This document shows positions 1 through 11,509 of a stretch of DNA of 64,000 nt, one piece after another. The notes below the pieces were generated by a model, which worked only from the letters and a program-made list of their open reading frames with translations, was not told the origin of the DNA and made no database searches. The position numbers and the translations under genes are program-made. Each line of letters begins with the position of its first letter. The first letter of the stretch is position 1. The stretch is from the NCBI GenBank assembly GCA_002633005.1, contig NMRA01000025.1:385450-449449 (forward strand). Reading direction: 5' to 3'. The DNA is from Phoronis australis. Lineage: Eukaryota; Animalia; Phoronida.

Positions 1-1040
1 CTTTTGATTTTCTTAGATTGATCCTCGCCGTTAAACCTCGCAAATAGGGGCATATATAATTTTTTCTGAATCTTTTGGAACTTTTCACAATTAAGCGAAA
101 ATGTCACACAAAAAATTAGAAACAGTCACGTTATTTATTAGATAGTCACAATATTTATTTTATTGTGCCCTTCATCACGCGCTATCTACTGTGTAATCGC
201 TTTCAAGTGGAACTTACGAGCTAATTCCTTGTGTCTGGTGTTAAATGCATCGGCAGAATTACTTTGGCATTGTGTTCTCAAGCCCAGTGATCCACTTCGT
301 ACCTAATCGGGTCTAGTGATTTCAATGTGCTTAAATGTTGCATCTGGTGAAAGCTAGGAGCTGGCTCTTAGAAAATACTGGAGTTCTAAGTTTCCTCAAA
401 AGTTTTTACAGATCAGATGCAATAACACACAGAACAAAACCATGAGACAGCAAGACGGGATTGAAGAATGAAGCATTACTTTCATTTCAAACATTTTCAA
501 AATACAGGAATGTTTTAAGATGGCAATTTATTGTAAAGGATTGATTCGTTCTCCAGAGGAACATGCAGAAAAGTGATGTCATCTAGACATTTATTTGAAG
601 AGAGACAAAAGAGAAGACAGAGGTAAATAATGACCGCATTCAGTGCGCAGCGACAAAAGACCATGGGGGTACTCTGCTAGACATCCACAAAACAAACCAC
701 CAAGTTCAGGTCTATTTTTTATGAAAATCAAGTTGGCGGTGTGGAAAATCCACCCAAAGACGATCAAAAATGAAGAGGGATTTGTTACATTTACATGTAT
801 GTATTTTGTGCAAATTTTCAAAACAAAACAAACACAGCAACTTGACTGAAATTGATGTGGGGTGGCATTTTATTATTGGTGGGTGTAAGTCTCAAAATGA
901 ATATAGGTTAAGACCAGAACCAACTTTGCTTTTTGGCCTAATGAATATTTTAACTTTATTACCATTGGAAACAACACTTGCTGTTACTTCTAATCTACAG
1001 ATAATCGAGATATAATTTAAAACTTAACATTCTGTTTGCA

Positions 1041-1710
1041 TTTTTATGCACCCACCCCCATGTGGACACATTATGCTGTCATCCCCATTCGGCCGTTCGT
1101 CTGTCCAGCGTCTTCTGCTTTACCTCCAAAACACTTTGACGTATGTTCATAAAATTTTGCACATGTATTACTTTCCTGGATGGGACGGCATGAGCGAATT
1201 TTCGGACGGATCCAACAACCAGTGTGCCCACTAGTGGCAATTTTAGTTTTTTACATTTAACTATGAAACTTTGAAGGTCCTCGACATATTTTCATAAAAT
1301 TGGCATATTGGCATCTATAAACGAGATGATGCTATCCTCCCATTTTCAGACGATTCAACATAGTTTGCGCCACCTAGTGGTCATTTTTGTTGTTTACGAG
1401 TTTGTTTTTTGGCGTCCACACCTCAATCAACCAAACCATTTAAGGGATGATTTTAAAAATTGGCAAGAGTATTTATATGAAGCTAACAACAGACGACGTC
1501 GACTTTCAGGCAGATCCAACAAACGCTGTGCCCCCTAGAGGCAATTTATTTTTTTTCTGTTTTCCTTTCTTTTTCTGAAGTTCTTAGACAGAGTTTTATG
1601 AAATTTGGTAAATAGCTTTCTATTAAGGAAGCGATGGGACGTTCCCGTTTTTGGATGGATTAGACATTTTTGTGCTATCTACTGGCCAATTTTATGATGC
1701 AAATAAACAA
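1041..1710 (+). mobile_element. Non-autonomous Helentron-type (HINE/DINE-1-like) element, family A, 3'-truncated copy
   Basis: Starts ttttatgcaccca...tgtggacacattatgctgtcat followed by a ccgt-like tract and internal repeats with ccacctagtgg-type cores. Homologous to 11510-12751 (inverted) and 54880-56432. Confidence 0.7.
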
Positions 1711-1738
1711 ACTTAGAAGCTGCGCAGAGTGCAGCGTA

Positions 1739-1792
1739 CGTCCATATTAGTGCTAGGGCGTCCAAATGGACGCCCTAGCACTAATATGGACG
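1739..1792. repeat. Perfect 26-bp inverted repeat with 2-nt spacer
   Basis: cgtccatattagtgctagggcgtcca-aa-tggacgccctagcactaatatggacg. Confidence 0.95.
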
Positions 1793-2672
1793 CTCTGGCA
1801 AGGACGCCCAATGTATCATTTGGACACCCACTGTCAATAGGAACTTTTCAAGTTTGGACACACACATTGTAATGATTACTAGGAAGCCTATGAAGGCTCA
1901 GTGGAGGCTCTTTTTTCAAAGCAGGAAGAAATATACAATGTTGCTATGCTCACACTTGGTTGATGGCATTGTAAAAGTCTTGGTCTACACCAATTTTTTA
2001 TTAAAAATGCTCACTACAGAAGGCTGTTTTGTAAACTTAGATGTAAAAACCTTGGTCTATGCATTTTTTGTAAAAAAATCTGTGTATTTGGGGGGATTGC
2101 TGGGGTTGGGGGGTTACGCGTCGGAATTATGGACACCCTGGAATATTGGGAACCCCATTTTGGACACCCTATTTTCGAAATCCTGGATAAAGGCCTACCT
2201 AGAACCACACCGTTTGCAGTGCATTCATGGGCTCATTTCAATGCTTTTGTTTTTAAAGACGTTAACAAAATTCCTTGAATGTTACGATTTCATAGCCATG
2301 AATTACCAACAACCAAACCTTTATTCTAACAACTTGGCTAGATCAAAAATGGATACCTGTCACCTACGAACCCTTGAGTCAGCATGCATGCTGAGATACG
2401 TCACAAAATGACATACGTTTCAATATGACTTCTTGCGAACAAACTGTCAGTAACTTCCAAGTTCATATGAGCAAGAAACAGCTGGTATAATGGTATGTAG
2501 TCTGAATCAAAACACATTTTTGAGGAAGTACGGTGCATGGCAGGTTTAACAGAAAAAAAACATTCAGTCAATCAGAGTACATCCATGGTCGTTTGTGACA
2601 GTGCTGTGTATACCCCCACACCAGCATTACACAACCTTGGATACACAATGCCCAACAACTTGTAAAACTTAC

Positions 2673-2720
2673 CCCCAGGTGGAGGCGGTTCGGGACTACA
2701 CTGACCATTGCGGTCAAGGT
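2673..2720 (-). CDS. CPSF6: Probable CPSF6 48-nt small exon 9 (DLDRNGQCSPEPPPPG); the gene continues beyond the left edge
   Basis: ttttcattctag acceptor, gtaagt donor, phase 1-1, open in frame with exon 8 and Pro-rich. No exons for the C-terminal helical or RS regions were found in 1-2672. Confidence 0.65.
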
Positions 2721-2851
2721 CTAGAATGAAAACATGCAGCATTACTGTCTAGGCACCAACGCAAGTGCTGTGAAAAGTATAAAGCCAACTGGCCGAGACA
2801 AAAATGTGCGGGTAGCGACAGAGTCTCTCACGAAACGGGCGATACTCTTAC

Positions 2852-2936
2852 CTGGGGGACGGTCCCACTCGGGTCTGGGTGGCATCCCTCGTGGGTCAGG
2901 TCCACGTGGGCCAGGTCCTGGGGGTCCACGCGGAGG
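2852..2936 (-). CDS. CPSF6: CPSF6 exon 8 (PPRGPPGPGPRGPDPRGMPPRPEWDRPP)
   Basis: ttgcag acceptor, gtaaga donor, 85 nt, phase 0-1. Confidence 0.88.
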
Positions 2937-4313
2937 CTGCAATTGAACAAACAATGCATCACGTAATCCATTGGCACAATGGAAGTGGTATCTCAGAGCA
3001 AGTTGCTTCCATAGAACATTTACTAGGTAAGCCAAAACTGGCGTGAGTGTATAACTACAAGCTAAAAGTCTACACGTAACAAAGGCTGTGTCTCACATTT
3101 TGTACACCAGATCGATTAGTGAATACTCATCTAGTGACACAGGCTGATTTGCTGTTTTTAGTGTGAAAGATAAAATTTCAAATGAGAGAACACAAATAAA
3201 ACATGATGTGAGTTGTATCCAACAGTCCGTGGCTTGGTATTGAAAATGATATGAAGGTCACCAAACCTCAGTGAAAATGAACAATGAAAGCATAAATTTT
3301 TAGGACAAGGTTAACAAATTTGACTGATGCCTGGTGATGCCACGCCAACACCTCGTGGTAACATAATCTAAAGCTCCCTTCTCGAGATATTTTGCCAACA
3401 TTTCCCTTAACTCAGAACCCAATTTTAAAGCCATGACCTTGAAAATGATGTTAAGGTCAATGAAATTCTGTATCGCGTGGAGTAAAGACAACTCTGATGT
3501 ATTGTGACACGCAATTGGCTATACAATGACCTCAATGAACTTTAGCAACGAAGCTTGGCACTCCTAACAAGAGCACAGATTGGTCCCTTTCACACAATAA
3601 TGGTCTTTCATAATCAATTCTAAGTTGACGGCAACAATATCAGCTCATTCTCCATGGGTACTATTCTGGTGTTAAATTGAATTAAATGCGCAACATCGAT
3701 GCAAACCTTATTCTACAGCTTGTACATTTACACAGCTTAAAAGATACATTGGATAATTCATGATGCACAGAACAAGAACAAGAACAGTGTTTATGTATTC
3801 TCTACAGCCTGTTTTCAAATGAGAAAGTAATGACACCTCACAGGCCCCTCAACTCACCTCAATTTCCAAATAAGAAGTCAATAGCCAGGAATTTGATCGT
3901 ATTTTTGGCTTGCATGAAGCCGGCTGGGTGCTGGAGACCGGAACGAGACAACCTCACTTAAAACTCCGTAAAAAAATCTAAAGCTCCCTGCTTGACAGAA
4001 AGTACTCAACATGTTTCCAAGTCAAAACTATGTTGTCTCGGTCACATCCAACAACTAACAGGCAGATCTAATTTGACAAATTGCAAGCAATAAAACAAAC
4101 AGTGACGAAAACAGAGAAAAACACAACAGATGAATCGGTCCACAACTGCCTAAGAACCGTGTACATGACTGTGGAGGGCCACCAGGCCAAATTTTGATCA
4201 CAAAATGGAAATAGTAGGTTTTGCTCCATGACTGGGAGTTGCAGTCATACTTTTTTCCGGACCATGGATTGATCTAGCCGATTTGCTCGTTCTCCGCCAC
4301 CACCTTCACTCAC

Positions 4314-4403
4314 CATGTTGGGTGGCGAAGGGCCCATGCCAGGCGGTCCCATGTTTGGGGGTCCCATATTTGGGGGTCCCATGTTTGGCGGCGGCTGGTT
4401 CAT
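4314..4403 (-). CDS. CPSF6: CPSF6 exon 7 (MNQPPPNMGPPNMGPPNMGPPGMGPSPPNM)
   Basis: Pyrimidine tract and cacag acceptor, gtgagt donor, 90 nt, phase 0-0. Pro-rich. Confidence 0.85.
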
Positions 4404-4727
4404 CTGTGGTCGGGCCAAGAAAACAAAAGGTGAGATGATGGCAGCCATACATCACATAGAACCTAGTCGCTGCTGAACTCTGTGGTGTCGCTCAAAACAG
4501 GTACAGAAGCAATGGCATTGCGTGTGCAATTCATTCAAGTACTCATAGATTGACAACTTAACTATTTCCAACTCTTTTGCAAGGTATTGACCATTACGCA
4601 CACTTCCTTGCATGAACATTGTCTAGACTGCTGGCACTGCACAACTATTTAGACTGCTGGCACTGCACAACTATTTACAAAAACTTGAACATTAATACTG
4701 AAAAAGAAGGTATCAAACATAACTCAC

Positions 4728-5032
4728 CATGCCTGGCGGCGGTCCCTGCCTGGGGGGTGGACCACCGGGTCCAGGGGGAGGCATATTTCTTGGGGGCCCA
4801 CCTGGAAACTGTGGTGGAGGACCACCTACAGGACCGCCGACAAACTGCGGCGGAGGCCCGCCACCAGGTCCTCCCTGAAACTGTGGAGGGGGCCCACCTG
4901 GACCCCCGCCAAAGGGGGGACCCCCCGGCGGACCCTGCTGCGGTGGTGGACCTCTGTTTATGGGCATGGGTGGCCTCTGACCACGAGGAGGCATGCCACC
5001 GCCTCTGCCTCGACCTTGGTTCTGGTTGTAAT
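4728..5032 (-). CDS. CPSF6: CPSF6 exon 6, RGG and Pro/Gly-rich low-complexity region
   Basis: ctgtag acceptor, gtgagt donor, 305 nt, phase 1-0. Lies inside ORF 4713..5048 (GRGRGGG, GPPPQF repeats). Confidence 0.92.
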
Positions 5033-5655
5033 CTACAGAAGGAAGCAATGCAATGTTGAAGAACTCTCGCTAAATTATTCATGAATCTGCAATTTCATGG
5101 TATACAGTTTTTGTAATTTCTAAATCAAAAATATCTTCTCATTGCCATCATTCTTTTTTTCAGCAGCTGCATATCTTTTCTCCTACACTGCAATTCTTTG
5201 CCAATAAAATTTTCCTTTAATGAACCATATTTTCTTTTTATCATACAACACATTTGCTACTGTGTAACTGAAGCCTGACCTGTTGCAATAGATAAGTGGT
5301 CATAAGAACACTGCATGAGAAAGGAAATACATCAGACATGAAAAAGATGTGAGATCATGAAACATGAATCTTGTTACCTCCAAATCCCCGTGAAGGAACA
5401 ATGGAGAACCTGAATTTAAAAATTTCAACCATTCACCCATCACACATCAAACTGCTTTTCTTATAATCTGGTCAAAACATTTCTGGCAACTAGAGAATAT
5501 TTTACTCCAGCACATATCAAAGCAGCATTCATTAGTATGTCTATCAATCAAATGGTTGGATTGGCACCGAGGTGGTGCAATGAGCTTCAACAAATGAATG
5601 GAGGAACTACGTCATCTTTGGAGTTTGGCCGAAATGTGTGCACCTGCCAACTTAC

Positions 5656-5819
5656 TATTCTGTGGGGGATCATTCTTTCGGGCGGCCTGTTCAAACTGGT
5701 TCAGTGCCTGCCGGTTGCAGTGCGTCACCACAGGGTTCTGGCCGTGCAGTTCCTTTTTGGGCAGACGGTCCATGACGCTGCGCGAGGACATGTCTGAGCC
5801 TAGCGTGACACACGCAAAC
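5656..5819 (-). CDS. CPSF6: CPSF6 exon 5, end of RRM (FACVTLGSDMSSRSVMDRLPKKELHGQNPVVTHCNRQALNQFEQAARKNDPPQN)
   Basis: tgttag acceptor, gtaagt donor, 164 nt, phase 2-1. LPKKELHGQNPVVT motif. Confidence 0.96.
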
Positions 5820-6947
5820 CTAACAATGCAAGCAAAAACACCAAATATGTAATAATCAACATTACACCAAAAAAGAGCCAAAGCACTTCGAAAGTTTAAG
5901 CTTTCAAACACATATCTGTTTTTGTTTTTTAAGCAAGTGATGATTGACACATCGGAAATGTTGCAATAACTCCCCCGTCTTCACACAAACATCATATAAT
6001 CAAGATGACATACATTGGTCATCACGGAGAACCAGCTTATCACAGACGTAAGGAAGATCGTAGCCACAATGTTTTTGTTCAGAAGGGGCTATTCCCTCCA
6101 AATTTCAACATAACTGATTCTCTATTCCTTCTGCGACAAAATTTGTCATTACCTATGCACACTCACATCTTGTAACATTTCATGTAGAGTACTGCCACAT
6201 ACACGCTACCAGGAAGACATTACCAGCAAAGGTCAATAGGCTAAACAATGTTAACAAAGCAGAAAGCTAATGGTATTAAAAAGAATAGAACTTCCTACAC
6301 AGAATGCATCACTTTCCTTGTCATAGGACTTGCATTGACATAATCATGCATGCTATCAAAATTCCCACGTGTTTGGGACATCATTGACGTATATACATAC
6401 TGGACACTGCAATCAAATATACTTTCATTCACATATTGATAAGTGACCCGCAGTTTCAGAACTCCGCATGAACTTGTTTGGGTCAAACGTAATATTTTGA
6501 CGCTACGTCTGTAATATCCCGGAAACCAGTTCAAAAATGCTATCAATAAAATACCACATTTGTCTGTTAGAAAGCAGTCGATATGTCCAAAATGGGCATG
6601 ATGTAGAAATGACCAATTAGAGAACCTTAATTTAAATTTAAGAGGTCACAGTTCACAAAAGTCTGTAAAGCCCAGGATTTCGCCTCAGAAGAAATGTCGT
6701 TATAGGGGGAAAATGTCATATTCAGAGAGACCCAGTGCCACTGATTTGCCATCTTAAAGGACCAAATTTGTGTCACTTTGTAGGACGACTTCATATCACT
6801 ATGTACAGATTGCCGACACCTTGTCATTAACAGTTCATTTCTAAAATAGCATTCAAAAACGTTAACACAAGCATAAATAGTTACATAGTTGTCTTTCCTG
6901 ATAATGCCTTCCTGATATTAGTAGTAATAAACTTGGTAATGAATATT

Positions 6948-9102
6948 CAGGGCTCGACGCTATTAAAATCGCCAGGTCGCATTTTGCGACCTAGCCAAAA
7001 TCCCAGGTCGCATTTTCAAAATCCAGCTCGCATTCGTAAATGCCAGGTCGCAAAATTTTCCTGCCATTTTTACGCGCCAAAATAGATTTTTTAGATCATC
7101 GAGAAAATGTTTGGATTATGCTCTTACCTGCAGCGTTAAATACTCACAAATTTCGGATCTCAAAATTGACTTCATTCAAGCAGGTAAGGCCTTACTGTTC
7201 TTCACGACTGCCTTTGAAAGACTATAGCGCAAGGCAAGTTGCCGACATGAAAGTTGAATGAGTGCTCTCTAACTGACTTGTGCATTCGAGTAGCTAAATT
7301 TGCGATGTGAAAAGGGAGAAAATGCCCGTTGAAAAAGTATCCGGGATTTTGTTAGATCTGGCCTGGTACTGGCTGTCATCAAAGTCGTTAACGATTCAAA
7401 CTTACTCAGGTAATGGCGAGTTACCTCAGTCCTCAATACCTTCCAAGTACGGGGAAAATAGGTCAGTCACAAAACGACACGCATGTCACTAGTGTTAACT
7501 TTCTTTCCGAGGTATAAAACAAAGCCGGGATTTGGTTTTTACATATTGTGAAGAGACGTTTTTGAAAACTGAAGTTGTGTAAAATGAAAGTGACACACCA
7601 TATAAGTTGCGTGACAATTTTAAACCAAACGCAGTCGTTTGTAGTGCGCTATGATGGGCACTAGCTTTAACTGTGGGTGTTTAATTGGAAATTCTCAAAA
7701 TTTAAGGGGGGACTTTTAATAGATCAGTGAGCGCTTATCATGAAACACTTTAAAGCTAGGGAGTGGGCTTGTGCGTGAGCATAGTCGTTAACCTCAGTGT
7801 TTGCGGTAATAAGATATTAAACACTGCAATGGTAAGAAACGTTATAATAATACGATTTTGCGAGGCAAACTCCATCTAGTATAGGGTGACTTTCTGGATA
7901 TTGTTACCACCTACATTGTACCCTTTTTAGCCACCCGGAATGATTTTGTTTTGAATTGCCCGCTTCAGCCGGAACAAGGTTGTTTCTACAGTATAGGAGT
8001 CCGAACATTTCACGGCGACAGTGGTTTGGGGAGCGAAAACTGAGTTGCCGGGGGGGGGTGTATATATAAAGAGAAGGATGAAAAGTTCGCTAACTTGAAC
8101 CACAATTTTGCATCTAGTGCCAGTTTAGTTGCAATAGCTGGCTACGGGCGTAGAATACAGGGTTTACGGAAAATCGACCTCGGGAAACATCGGAACAGGA
8201 AAACGTCAGTCCAGGGTTATATCGGTACCGGGACATCGGGTCTTTTATAACCGCTGGGAATCGGAGTTCATTTTCAAATAAAACGGAGCCGGCATACTCT
8301 TTCATTTAGGACTGTCATTGTTTTTTGAAGTGGTGCGCACGAGTGAGTTCACGCACTGAAATCGCTGGAGTAGGCCTACACTTTGCGTTGGCAACAACGT
8401 GTGAAAAACAAATCATCACGTAGCCCCATAAACAAGAAAAGGGTTTGAGAATTTCTTGGCAACTGTTTGGCGATTATTAAGGTTGTCATTTTCACTTTGG
8501 CTGTCTTAATACGATAAAAAGGAGAAGCACATCTCAGTCTAAGTCACGATTGTCTGCCGGGACCGAATGCGCGCGGCGGTGCCGCAGTGCAATATCAGGG
8601 ATCTTGTCGTGGATATTTGGTACATGTAATAAGGACATCTTATGTGAAAAATAAACATTTTTGTCCACCACAAAGTTTGGTAAGTTGATCGCTTATGAAT
8701 TAGTAGAAACAGCGTTGTTTTGTGAAGTTTTATCACGTGTTAAGCAGTGGCCCGAAACTTTCTTTGGCGAATCCGGGAATTTACAAAAGTGGTCGAAGGT
8801 GCTAGCCAATGAAACGCGTCAAAGATCGATTCCGCATATCCCATGTTCACACGACTTGCTTACAAGTCATCGGGAGGGCTGTTCTCGGTTAGTGTTCTTT
8901 TGAACTTGAATTTGGCAACAACCAAATAACGGTCGGATTCGTATTTGCCAGGTATCTGTTGAGAAGTGTAAATACTCAGCTCACATTCGTTGGAAATTTC
9001 AGGTCGCATTTTGCGACTTGATACGAGCTGATAAAAATCTCAGCTCGCATTTCCAAATTTCAGGTCGCAAATGCGACCTGCAGCTCGTTATGTCGAGCCG
9101 TG
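6948..9102. mobile_element. hAT-like non-autonomous DNA transposon in CPSF6 intron 4
   Basis: TIRs CAGGGCTCGAC / GTCGAGCCGTG, with clustered subterminal ggtcgca/tgcgacc repeats at both ends. No TSD recognisable. Confidence 0.7.
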
Positions 9103-9508
9103 TCCTACCATGCAGCATTAATGCCATTGTAAATATAATGGGGGGATGTTTACCTCTGGCACGACCTCACGAAACCTTTTAACAATCACAAGAAAAAACA
9201 GAATCGGTTTTAGAAGGGCAAACCTAATTTATTGAAGGTAAAGTATAACAACTGCAGCACCAGCATACTTGGTCATTAAAATAAAGAGGAACAAGTGAAA
9301 CGTCTGAGCCCACTGTTACACAAACAAGTTTACGTATACATATGTGGGGAATCGGCCTTGTGCTGACAAGTAATATCAACTATAGGCTCAACATGGCTGC
9401 CAAACTATGTCGAGATTGAAGACATGACATGTGACAGGCAAATGTTTATTGAGTGCAATCACTTGCCCTCAAGGTGTTGTCAGTTCCCAGGCTAACCAAT
9501 GCACTCAC

Positions 9509-9612
9509 CCCTTTGACTGTCCGTTGGCTCGATTCTCGTAAAATTTTATCTCAATTAAATCAGTGATGCCTAGGCTGTGTATGGCATCTGTCAGATCCTG
9601 GTCTGTTGTCCA
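9509..9612 (-). CDS. CPSF6: CPSF6 exon 4, RRM ([35 protein letters not shown])
   Basis: ttcag acceptor, gtgagt donor, 104 nt, phase 0-2. Near-identical to the CPSF6 RRM. Confidence 0.97.
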
Positions 9613-9882
9613 CTGAAACACAAATGTATAGAAGTTAACGACTCACTAAACATATTCAAGGTATTTCAAGGTCCAACCAAACTTAGCACAATGATCCACG
9701 GACAGATGTGATTATGTTCCACATTAAAACGGGAACAAATGTGAGCACTAATCAATTCCCAATTGAAGCTACACAAATCAAATCAAACAAGATGGGTCTT
9801 TTACAGCAATCATGCCTGCCAACAAGAGTTGAAACAGGAGAAATGCTGCAGTTAGTTGGAGCCCACACACACAATAGAAATC

Positions 9883-10040
9883 CAAATTTTAGGCATGGCT
9901 TCAACAGTAGGCCTACACTCAACAAATTTCAGGCATGGCTTCAACAGTAGGCCTACACTCTGCAAGTTATAGGCATGGCTTCAAGAGTAGGTCTATACTC
10001 TGCAAATTTTAGGCATGGCTTCAACTATACTCTGCAAATG
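9883..10040 (+). repeat. 40-bp tandem repeat, about 4 copies
   Basis: aggcatggct recurs at 9891, 9931, 9971 and 10011. Confidence 0.9.
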
Positions 10041-10140
10041 TTCTAGCATAAATTCCTGCATATACGTGTATGCTTCAAAGTTATCAATATAACTTTCTAG
10101 GAATTTATCTATATCGATGTTTCACGCTCAAAATACATAC

Positions 10141-10266
10141 CCATGTCAAGTTGCCAACATAGAGTGCCACCCTCTTGCCAGTATAGGTAGTGCTGCCAAC
10201 AGCTGGCCCAGGCTTGGCAGCAGGTGTAGTCGAATGGCTGGACGATGACGAGTTGTTGAACTGTTG
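10141..10266 (-). CDS. CPSF6: CPSF6 exon 3, start of RRM (...TTYTGKRVALYVGNLTW)
   Basis: ttcttctag acceptor, gtatgt donor, 126 nt. YTGKRVALYVGNLTW is the CPSF6 RNP2 region. Confidence 0.95.
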
Positions 10267-10559
10267 CTAGAAGAAATGAAACCATTCAAGACAGTACCTG
10301 AATACCATCTGACAAGCTGTATTCGGTGTCCAAAGCGATGAGTAAAAGCCAATGAAAATCCAAGAAACAGCTCATGTGAGAATTATGGAAGATAATTAAT
10401 ATTCCTGGACACCAATCTAGGTAGGACGGACATTTTTAGATAGTAGATACAATTTTCTAAGGAACCGGCGCAATTTGACTGTTTCAATTACAAAAATGAA
10501 CTTGGTGACCCCAGAATTTTACTGAGTTACTTGTATCCAGTCAGTAGTGGCCAACTTAC

Positions 10560-10637
10560 CTCAACAAGATTATCACCAGATCCTGTCCCAGCTGTTATAA
10601 CATCGTCGTACAAGTCCTCGTGATTAAAATCTCCGTC
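10560..10637 (-). CDS. CPSF6: CPSF6 exon 2 (DGDFNHEDLYDDVITAGTGSGDNLVE)
   Basis: ttcttgcag acceptor, gtaagt donor, 78 nt, phase 0-0. Contains the conserved DLYDDVI motif. Confidence 0.92.
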
Positions 10638-10789
10638 CTGCAAGAACGTAAAATACAGTCTCATCTTCATCAGCTTTTAGCCACATTATTCCAAAGCTGT
10701 TACCAAGGTTACCATCAGACAAGTAGACTGTTAAATAGGCCAAGACTAAGGGAAGGGTCTGAGATCTCCCACAGCGAAATCATATATTT

Positions 10790-11250
10790 ACCCATGACAT
10801 CCATATGTGACATACATATGTGACATACAGCCAGATAAAGCTAATCTAAATCATTTGCCAAGTGGCAATAGCCTCTTGGCTTAAAGGTTAAAATGCTCGG
10901 GTCCTAAACAGGTTCAAATAACGGAGTCATCGAAATTTTCTACATTGGCGCCAAACAACGGAAGAACCCCACGACCAGATAGGGTGCCAGCACTCCTCTA
11001 ATGGGAGTCCCGAGTCACGCTCCAGCAACTACAATGGAAACCCAGAGTAGAAACTTGGAGGACCTGAGGGGACAGGCAACACATTTGATCCGTAGAAGGG
11101 AGAGGGGTGTTCTGACCCACGACTACCGGGAATGACGAACAGACAGATAACGCCTTTCTAAATCGCTTGCGAAGTGGCAGTTGCCTCTTGGCTGAACAGT
11201 TTAGACGGTCCCCTCACACACGTGCAACCTGGGTTGAAGCGCGGGCACCT
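10790..11250 (+). mobile_element. TRIM (miniature LTR retrotransposon) with tRNA-like LTRs: LTR - PBS - ~160 bp internal - PPT - LTR
   Basis: LTR1 ends gaaattttctaCA at 10944. PBS tggcgccaaac at 10946 is tRNA-Lys-like. PPT agaagggagagggg at 11094-11107. LTR2 starts TG at 11108 and is truncated near 11250. Both LTRs are homologous to the solo copies at 15595 and 16429. The left boundary is approximate. Confidence 0.75.
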
Positions 11251-11509
11251 TTAATCAGCCGCTTGATGAAACAATGAGAAGGTACACAACTGCAATCCAA
11301 TATGGTTGACCACCAGACAGTTCCGGAGTAAATCAAAGCATGTCAATCTTGGAGTATTTTATCTGCCACAGCAACACATCCACAGGTTGTACTCCAGATA
11401 TTCCTAACTCAATTCGCAGAATTCACGGCAAAGTGTCGTGGCAGACCTGTTCCATATACAAAAACTAATGCGCACGCTCATCAGGCTACTCACAACACCT
11501 ACATCAACT

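Noticed and set aside
1854-2411. 185-aa ORF
   Set aside because: Non-ATG start, antisense in a CPSF6 intron, overlaps a MITE end, and has no recognisable motif.
4619-5082. 146-aa and 135-aa ORFs overlapping CPSF6 exon 6
   Set aside because: Shadow frames of a GC-rich Pro/Gly exon.
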